NCBI GenBank assembly: GCA_965208125.1
Contig: OZ242320.1
Location: 2,240,001-2,304,000, forward strand
Reading direction: 5' to 3'
Length of the DNA stretch: 64,000 bases
Origin: Candidatus Latescibacterota bacterium
Lineage (GTDB): Bacteria > Latescibacterota > UBA2968
Made by a program: the position numbers and the translations under genes. The number at the start of each line of letters is the position of its first letter. Positions within the stretch are counted from its first letter, which is position 1. Positions 57,803 to 64,000 of the stretch are shown in pieces. The notes beneath the pieces were generated by a model that was given only the letters and a program-made list of their open reading frames with translations, was not told the DNA's origin and searched no databases.

Positions 57803-59118
57803 TTGAGGCGATGCCCTTGATTCTGTTTGGCGTTCTTTTTCTTTTGCTTTTGCTCGGTTTTCCGGTTGCGTTTACGCTCGGTGGTGTTTCTTTTATTTTA
57901 GGCTATTTTACGTTTGGTCCCGCTTTTTTCAATCTTTTGCCTCTGCGTATCTGGGGTGTGATGACGAATTATGTGCTGATTGCCGTGCCTTTGTTTGTGT
58001 TTATGGGGGTGATGCTGGAGAAGTCCGGTTTGGCTGAGAATTTGTTGGAGACAATGGCGTTGCTTTTTGGTCATTTGCGCGGGGGGCTGGCGATTTCTGT
58101 GGTTGCTGTGGGGGCGCTGTTCGGGGCTTCTACGGGTATTGTGGGCGCGACTGTGGTTACGATGGGGTTGCTGAGTTTGCCAACGATGCTGAAGCGGGGA
58201 TACCGTGCGGAGGTGGCGACGGGGACGATTTCGGCGTCGGGTACTTTGGGGCAGATTATTCCGCCGAGTATTGTGCTGGTGCTGTTGGGTAGTGTGCTGA
58301 ATGTTTCGATTTGGGATATGTTTGTGGGTGCTGTGGTGCCGGGTTTTGTTCTGGTATTGCTCTATGCGGTTTATCTTGTTTTGATCGCGATTTTTAAGTC
58401 CGAATGGGCACCGGCGATGCCAGAGGAAGAACTCGCGCAGTTTTACGGCAGGGCGATGGTGAAGCGCGTTTTTCAGGCGTTTGTTCTGCCGGCTGTTCTC
58501 TTTGTTGCGGTGCTGGGTTCTATTTTTGCGGGGATTGCTTCACCTACCGAGGCGGCGGCCGTGGGTGCGTTTGGCGCGACGCTTTTGACGGTGTTGCAAA
58601 AGAAGTTTTCTTTTGCGACGCTGAAGTCGGTGATGGTGGAGACGACCCATCTGACGTGTATGGTTTTTATTATTCTGGTGGGTGCTACGGCGTTTGGTCT
58701 GGTGTTTCGCGGTATGCACGGGGATGCGTATTTGACGAATTTGATTCTTTCGACGAATATGAGTCCGGGCGCGTTTCTCGCGCTTGTGATGGTTATGATT
58801 TTTGTGGCGGGGTTTTTTATCGATTTTATCGAGATTACGTTTATTATTGTTCCGGTTGTGGCGCCTATTTTTGTGGCGTTGGGGGTGGATCTTCTGTGGT
58901 TGGGTATTCTGATTGCGATGAATTTGCAGACGTCTTTTTTGACCCCGCCTTTTGGTTTTTCACTTTTTTATCTGAAGGGGGTCGCCCCGCCCGAGGTCCG
59001 CACGGGCCATATTTATCGGGGGATTATTCCGTTTATTATTATTCAGCTTATTGGGCTGACGCTCGTGATTACGTTTCCCGAGATGGCGACGTCTCTGCCC
59101 AGGTATTTGGGGGGATGA
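57799..59118 (+). CDS. dctM: TRAP transporter large subunit
   Basis: GFPVAF, GTLGQIIPPS, SPTEAA, NLQTSFLTPPFG. Confidence 0.93.
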   Translation: MIEAMPLILFGVLFLLLLLGFPVAFTLGGVSFILGYFTFGPAFFNLLPLRIWGVMTNYVLIAVPLFVFMGVMLEKSGLAENLLETMALLFGHLRGGLAISVVAVGALFGASTGIVGATVVTMGLLSLPTMLKRGYRAEVATGTISASGTLGQIIPPSIVLVLLGSVLNVSIWDMFVGAVVPGFVLVLLYAVYLVLIAIFKSEWAPAMPEEELAQFYGRAMVKRVFQAFVLPAVLFVAVLGSIFAGIASPTEAAAVGAFGATLLTVLQKKFSFATLKSVMVETTHLTCMVFIILVGATAFGLVFRGMHGDAYLTNLILSTNMSPGAFLALVMVMIFVAGFFIDFIEITFIIVPVVAPIFVALGVDLLWLGILIAMNLQTSFLTPPFGFSLFYLKGVAPPEVRTGHIYRGIIPFIIIQLIGLTLVITFPEMATSLPRYLGG

Positions 59119-59221
59119 AACAAATTTTCGGGACGGCACAGGGGCCGTCCCCTACGTTGATATTTTTAATCCTGTAGGGGCGGGCCCCTGTGCCCGCCCG
59201 TGTTTATTTTGGTTGGTGTGA

Positions 59222-60331
59222 TCATGCACTCAAGTTCTCGTAATAGATTTTTTCCGATATCGCCGCCCAGCCGTTCATTTGTTTGCGAAATGCTTCAAAT
59301 GATTCATATACTTTTTTGCTCATGGCATCGGCTGCGACGAGTTCATCTACGACTTCTCCGGCGTATTTTTGAAGTGTGTTGAGGACTTCGTCGGGGAATC
59401 TTTTTAGTATGACGTTGTGGTCTTTTGTGAGGGTTTGCAGATGCGCATTGTTTTTGGCTTCAAATTCCGATAGTGCCCAGGCATTTGCGCGGGCGGCTGC
59501 GGTTCGCACAATGTCTTGCAGGTTTTTGGGCAGGGTCTGATATGCGGATTTGTTGATGATGAGTTCTATGACAGTGCCGGGTTCGTGCCAGCCGGGATAG
59601 TAATAGTATTTGGCGGCTTTGTAAAAGCCCATGAGTGTGTCGTGGTAGGGTCCGATCCATTCGGTTGCGTCGATGACGCCGCGTTCGAGGTTGGTGAAGA
59701 TTTCTGCTCCGGCTGATAATATTGCGGATCCGCCAGCTTTGGAGATGACTTTGCCGCCGAGGCCCGGGATGCGCATTTTGAGGCCCTGTAAGTCGCTTAC
59801 GGCGTTGATTTCGCGGTTGAACCAGCCGCCCATTTGTACGCCGCTGTTGCCTGCGGGGATGGGGATGAGGTTAAAGGGGGCGTAGAGTTCTTCCCATAAG
59901 GCGAGGCCTCCGCCGCTGGTGATCCAGGCGTTCATTTGTTGGGCGTTCATGCCAAAGGGGACAGAGGCAAAGAATTGGGTTGCCTGCGCTTTTCCCGCCC
60001 AGTAATACGCGGCGCCGTGACACATTTCCGCGGTTCCCGCACTTACTGCGTCAAAGCCTTCGAGGGGGGGGATGAGTTCGCCGCCGCCATAGACCTGTAT
60101 TTTGAGCTGGCCTTCGGACATTTCTTCTGCCCATTTGGCGATGTGTTCAGCGGATTCTCCCAGGATGGGGAAGTGCGGCGGCCAGGTTGTGACCATTTTC
60201 CATTCGTATTTTTTGCGCGTTTGTACAGCAGGTGCCCCGGTTTCCTGTGGGGATACACAGCCCGCCAGTAGTGCAGCACCACCGGCAAGGCCAGCTTTTT
60301 TCATGAAGTCGCGACGTTTTACTCGGTCCAT
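59222..60331 (-). CDS. dctP: TRAP substrate-binding protein (TakP-like) with Tat signal and lipobox
   Basis: RRDFMK, LAGC, YYWAG, QMGGW, KMRIPG, EWIGP, PGWHEP. Confidence 0.92.
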   Translation of the reverse strand: MDRVKRRDFMKKAGLAGGAALLAGCVSPQETGAPAVQTRKKYEWKMVTTWPPHFPILGESAEHIAKWAEEMSEGQLKIQVYGGGELIPPLEGFDAVSAGTAEMCHGAAYYWAGKAQATQFFASVPFGMNAQQMNAWITSGGGLALWEELYAPFNLIPIPAGNSGVQMGGWFNREINAVSDLQGLKMRIPGLGGKVISKAGGSAILSAGAEIFTNLERGVIDATEWIGPYHDTLMGFYKAAKYYYYPGWHEPGTVIELIINKSAYQTLPKNLQDIVRTAAARANAWALSEFEAKNNAHLQTLTKDHNVILKRFPDEVLNTLQKYAGEVVDELVAADAMSKKVYESFEAFRKQMNGWAAISEKIYYENLSA

Positions 60332-60420
60332 TGTGCCTCCGGTTTAATTGAGGGGTTTGTATAGATCAAAACAACGATGAGAAAAGTAAGTCGGCGAGGG
60401 CATGAAAAGCAAGAAAAATA

Positions 60421-60462
60421 AAAAAATCGGGCTTACCTGTTATGTTGGTAAGCCCGATTTTT
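60421..60462 (-). terminator. Intrinsic terminator downstream of the HicA-like gene
   Basis: aaaaaatcgggcttacc-tgttatgtt-ggtaagcccgattttt. Confidence 0.8.
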
Positions 60463-60481
60463 GTGTTCCGCACTACACAGG

Positions 60482-60757
60482 TTATATAATTCCATTATTG
60501 AGCAGATGGTTGTAATAATCGGTTTTCGACATGTTGCATGATGCAATTTCCGTGTATTGTTTTGTTGAGATGTGCAGTTCACCGCAGAATAACCTTCTGA
60601 GAGTAGGTCCAATATCGCGATTATTGCGACTCACACGCGTTGTTACCTGTGGCTTTCCTTCATCATCCATAAGTATCCATCTTTCATGTTTCGTTCCGCC
60701 TTTTTTAACAAATCCGAGCTTTCCAAGCACCTTTCTTCGATGCTCTTGCAAGTTCAT
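60482..60757 (-). CDS. HicA-like toxin
   Basis: Basic 91 aa, LGF..GGTKH, dsRBD-like pattern. Confidence 0.55.
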   Translation of the reverse strand: MNLQEHRRKVLGKLGFVKKGGTKHERWILMDDEGKPQVTTRVSRNNRDIGPTLRRLFCGELHISTKQYTEIASCNMSKTDYYNHLLNNGII

Positions 60758-61176
60758 GTTTTGAAAACCTTTTTCAAGAATTTATGTCGTTTTTTCAGGT
60801 ACAAAGAGACGTTGTTTTTGTATTCTTCCATGATTTGAAAATCGTCAAGCACAACCTCTGCTAAATTGTCCAAAGCATCTTCCATATTACCACCATCGCT
60901 ATCCGCAATAATACTCGGAAAATCCTTAAAGTACACCACCCATCCATCTACAAACTCTTCAAAAACAAGAGGCCATTGTCCAGTAATTAATGGCAAATCA
61001 ATTTGGAATGTATTGACCGGCTGTTCAGTGTTTTTTAATACTTTTTCACTCATTCCTTCTGTAATACCAGGAAAGCTAAACGCTTTATGTTTTTCGTCAA
61101 ATCGACCCCTCCAACAATGATAAAGCAATCGAGAAGCAGCTTCTTTCTCTGGTAGCTTCACCGCAGTTGCAGACAT
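60754..61176 (-). CDS. HicB-like antitoxin
   Basis: DGWVVYFKDFP..IA..G..EDALDNL.E; overlaps the toxin start (ATGA). Confidence 0.5.
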   Translation of the reverse strand: MSATAVKLPEKEAASRLLYHCWRGRFDEKHKAFSFPGITEGMSEKVLKNTEQPVNTFQIDLPLITGQWPLVFEEFVDGWVVYFKDFPSIIADSDGGNMEDALDNLAEVVLDDFQIMEEYKNNVSLYLKKRHKFLKKVFKT

Positions 61177-61360
61177 GTTAATCTCCTCTTGTGGCGGATA
61201 AAAAATTTAGAGGATTTCTTGCTCTGAGTGCTCAAATGGGCCAGTTACCGCTATTCTCCTTTGAAAGAATATCTCTTTTAGTCAAGTAAGGCAACCCATT
61301 TTTTACGCTGAATAATGCTTAGGGTGTATTATATGTAATTCCCAAATTTTTTGCCCGCTC

Positions 61361-61390
61361 TTGACAAATGTAACCTTTTATGGTTACACT
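61361..61390 (+). promoter_or_regulatory. Sigma70 promoter with overlapping palindromic operator
   Basis: TTGACA..TACACT with TGTAACC-6 nt-GGTTACA spanning the spacer and -10. Confidence 0.65.
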
Positions 61391-61433
61391 TGAGAATAAA
61401 ATATATATGAGAATTGCAAGATAGAGGTGCGTT

Positions 61434-61904
61434 TTGAAAATTAGAAGAGTTGTGCCGAATAATCGGAAGAAGGTTTTTGAGGTTTACACGTATAATAATA
61501 CCTATGTGTTTCCCTATGCGGTTGTGCGACCAATACCGCAAAAAGGATGCTGGGTTGTCAATGTTTATGTCGATCCGGAGTTGGACAATGAGGGGTTTGT
61601 CTATGTGCTCGCTTCCGGGGATGAGGGGACCGTTCATATCGATCATGTGCTCGAATACAATCGCGATCCCGGCTATATGGCAGATTTGTTGCTCTATGAG
61701 TTGACGTGTCGGGTTCGGGAGGCTGTCGAGAGGTCGCCGTTGAGTACCCGTGAGATTATTCGTCGGCTGGGCACTTCGCCCGCGCAGTACTACCGTCTTC
61801 TGGATCAGACCAATTATCGAAAATCTGTTCGGCAAATGTTCGCGTTATTTCATATTGTGAACTGTAAGGTCGAGTTTGTCGTAGAAGCTGATGTTACGCA
61901 TTGA
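61434..61904 (+). CDS. Putative HTH (XRE-like) regulator
   Basis: C-terminal LSTREIIRRLGTSPAQYYRLLD. Confidence 0.75.
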   Translation: MKIRRVVPNNRKKVFEVYTYNNTYVFPYAVVRPIPQKGCWVVNVYVDPELDNEGFVYVLASGDEGTVHIDHVLEYNRDPGYMADLLLYELTCRVREAVERSPLSTREIIRRLGTSPAQYYRLLDQTNYRKSVRQMFALFHIVNCKVEFVVEADVTH

Positions 61905-61976
61905 AAAAATAAAAAAGTTTGAACCTTTTGACACAACAGGTGTATGCAATAGTTAGAGACGCGCAGTAAATCACGC

Positions 61977-62579
61977 ATGGTTTGGTTTTTTATGTTCCTG
62001 ATAAAATACCACACGCTTTCCGATGAAAAGCTCATGGCCCGCATTCAGCGGGGCGATGCGGCCGCTTTTGACGAACTCTATGCCCGATATAGCAAGCGCC
62101 TGCTTTACTATTTTTTTCGCATGCTGGGAGGGGACGAGGAGAAGGCGCAGGATTTTCTTCAGGATTTGTTTTTGAAGATTGTCGAGAAGCCCACCCGTTT
62201 TAAGCGGGGGAATGCGTTTGCGTCCTGGCTTTATACGGTTGCACACAATATGTGCAAGAATGAGTATCGCAAGCAGAGTGTGCGGAAGGTTGTGGTTAAT
62301 GATCCCGATATCGATATGCATTGTGGCTGGGTTGATGGTGCTTATGCCATAGAAAAGGCGTGCGATGAACGGGCTTTTCTAAGTGCGCTGATGGATGAGC
62401 TGGATAAGCTCAGTGTGGATCATCGCACGACGTTTTTGTTGCGGCATCAGGAGTGTCGCAGTATTCGAGAGATTAGCGAGATTCTCGCGTGTCCGGAGGG
62501 GACGGTGAAATCGAGGCTGCACCATGTTACGCAGAAGCTGGCAGAGAGACTTCAGGGACGAAATTCCCTGTGTGGATGA
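61977..62579 (+). CDS. ECF RNA polymerase sigma factor
   Basis: SDE.LM, AFDELY.RY, AQD..QD.F, F.SWLY.VA.N, EI.EIL..PEGTVKSRL. Confidence 0.93.
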   Translation: MVWFFMFLIKYHTLSDEKLMARIQRGDAAAFDELYARYSKRLLYYFFRMLGGDEEKAQDFLQDLFLKIVEKPTRFKRGNAFASWLYTVAHNMCKNEYRKQSVRKVVVNDPDIDMHCGWVDGAYAIEKACDERAFLSALMDELDKLSVDHRTTFLLRHQECRSIREISEILACPEGTVKSRLHHVTQKLAERLQGRNSLCG

Positions 62580-62589
62580 GGAGATGGAT

Positions 62590-63000
62590 ATGAAGCGGGT
62601 TATTCCGTTTAAAAAGAAAGAGAATGTGGATGGGATGTTGAGTCAGGCGCTTGCGGTTCCCAGGTCCGGCGGTCTTGAACCCGATCCGGCGATTCGCAAT
62701 GCTGTTGTTGCCCGGATGTCTGCGCGAGATCGCGGTGGGTTCAATGTGTTGCGTTCTTTCAGGTTCTCGGTGCGCTGGCCCGTTTATCAGATGGCTTTTG
62801 CGATGGGGATTGTTCTGTTTGCTGTTTTGGGTATCCGCAATTCGCAGCCCGATCCTGTGACGGCACAACCTTCCACGTCCCCAGGTGCTGTTATGGATAC
62901 GAGCCGGACCGATTCTCCCCGGGTTTCGTTTTCAGATACGCTCTCACAACGCGCTATTACCACTATTTTTTCCGCTTCGAGTCCTGTGGATAGTCTTTGA
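62590..63000 (+). CDS. Single-TM putative anti-sigma factor
   Basis: Directly after the ECF gene; one TM helix and a disordered S/T/P tail. Confidence 0.6.
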   Translation: MKRVIPFKKKENVDGMLSQALAVPRSGGLEPDPAIRNAVVARMSARDRGGFNVLRSFRFSVRWPVYQMAFAMGIVLFAVLGIRNSQPDPVTAQPSTSPGAVMDTSRTDSPRVSFSDTLSQRAITTIFSASSPVDSL

Positions 63001-63001
63001 T

Positions 63002-64000
63002 TTAGAAGACGATCAGGCCTCGCGCGACTTCTCCAGCGGCCAGGGCGTCAAATGCTTCGTTTGCGCCTTCGAGGTCGAATCGCCGGGTTACGAGTTCGTC
63101 GATTTTTAGTTTTCCAGCGAGGTAGAGTTCTACCATGCGCGGAAAGTCGTCATAGATTCTCGCACTTCCATACCTACAGCCGCGCAGGATGCGTTCGTTG
63201 GACTGGAGGCTGCCGGTGTCAAATGTGACGGTGGAACCGGTGGGAGGCAGGCCGATGAGCAAGCACTGGCCCCTGGATGCGAGACAGTCCCAGGCTTGAT
63301 TGATGACTTGCGCGTTGCCGACTGCGACAAATGAATAATCCGCGCCGCGTCCGGTGAGGTCTTTTATGGCTTCGACCGGATTTTCTTTGCTGGCGTCTAT
63401 GGTGTGTGTCGCGCCAAAGGATTTCGCGTATTCCAGTTTGGCGGGGTTGATATCGACTGCTATGATGGGGTGTGCCTGTACCAGGGTTCCGCCCTGTATG
63501 ACGTTGAGGCCAATTCCCCCGGTGCCGAATACGGCCATGCTCGCTCCGGGCGTTACGGCTGCTGTGTTGATGACGGAGCCTACGCCGGTCATGACCGAGC
63601 AGCCGATTAAGGCGGCTACTTCGAGGGGCATGTCTTCCCGGATGGGGACGGCACAGGAGGCGGGCATGACGGAGTATGAGGCGTAGCTACACGCGGGTCC
63701 GTAATGGTACACGGTTTGGCCTTTTATTTTCATTCTGGATGTGCCGTCCATTAATACGCCTTTGCCCGGTGGGATGCGTTCACACAGGTGCGATAGTCCG
63801 GTTGCGCAGTAGTGACAGCGCCCGCATGTCGATGCCCAGGATAGGATGACGTGGTCGCCGGGTTTTACGTGTCGAACGCCGGGTCCCACTTCTTCGACGA
63901 TTCCAGCCCCTTCATCGCCCAATACCATTGGCATGGGAAATCCGGTCCAGCTGCCATCTACGACGTGCAAACAACTGTGACATACGCCAGTGGCGGTCAT
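63002..64000 (-). CDS. Zn-dependent alcohol dehydrogenase (5' truncated)
   Basis: GVCHS, GDEGAG, CGRCHYC..C, GTGGIG. Confidence 0.92.
   Translation of the reverse strand: MTATGVCHSCLHVVDGSWTGFPMPMVLGDEGAGIVEEVGPGVRHVKPGDHVILSWASTCGRCHYCATGLSHLCERIPPGKGVLMDGTSRMKIKGQTVYHYGPACSYASYSVMPASCAVPIREDMPLEVAALIGCSVMTGVGSVINTAAVTPGASMAVFGTGGIGLNVIQGGTLVQAHPIIAVDINPAKLEYAKSFGATHTIDASKENPVEAIKDLTGRGADYSFVAVGNAQVINQAWDCLASRGQCLLIGLPPTGSTVTFDTGSLQSNERILRGCRYGSARIYDDFPRMVELYLAGKLKIDELVTRRFDLEGANEAFDALAAGEVARGLIVF

Noticed and set aside
14730-59199. Recurring palindromes as a CRISPR array or integron attC sites
   Set aside because: They are dispersed with no regular repeat-spacer period, no cas genes are present, and no consistent RYYYAAC/GTTRRRY ends were found

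Overview
Bacterial chromosomal window with strong G/T skew on the + strand. T9SS-type C-terminal domains and gene content suggest an FCB-superphylum lineage such as Latescibacterota or Gemmatimonadota; this is inference only. Housekeeping genes include uvrC, xerD, an HtrA protease, a sigma54 activator, a large TPR protein, ispE-rplY-pth-hppA-rpsF-rpsR-rplI, FGE, a sulfatase, a TRAP transporter and an ECF sigma factor. Four features stand out. (1) A complete UBact/20S proteasome operon at 43.0-49.6 kb. (2) A 13.5-kb operon of three secreted, acidic Ig-repeat proteins with cohesin-like and T9SS/FlgD-Ig modules, two of them also carrying a dockerin-like module, and no recognisable catalytic domain; this is a candidate self-assembling surface scaffold. 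(3) A mosaic island at 22.1-26.4 kb with four tiny TM/coiled-coil ORFs, an Rpn-like gene, a chimeric YefM-YoeB module and a 240-bp duplication. (4) Several short repeat families (GTAG-REP hairpins, GTCAT..ATCCAG hairpins, ATCCTG arrays, GAAGTnn heptamers) that stack and nest in spacers, sit in frame inside three genes, and supply stop codons or an RBS. No rRNA, tRNA or CRISPR array was seen.
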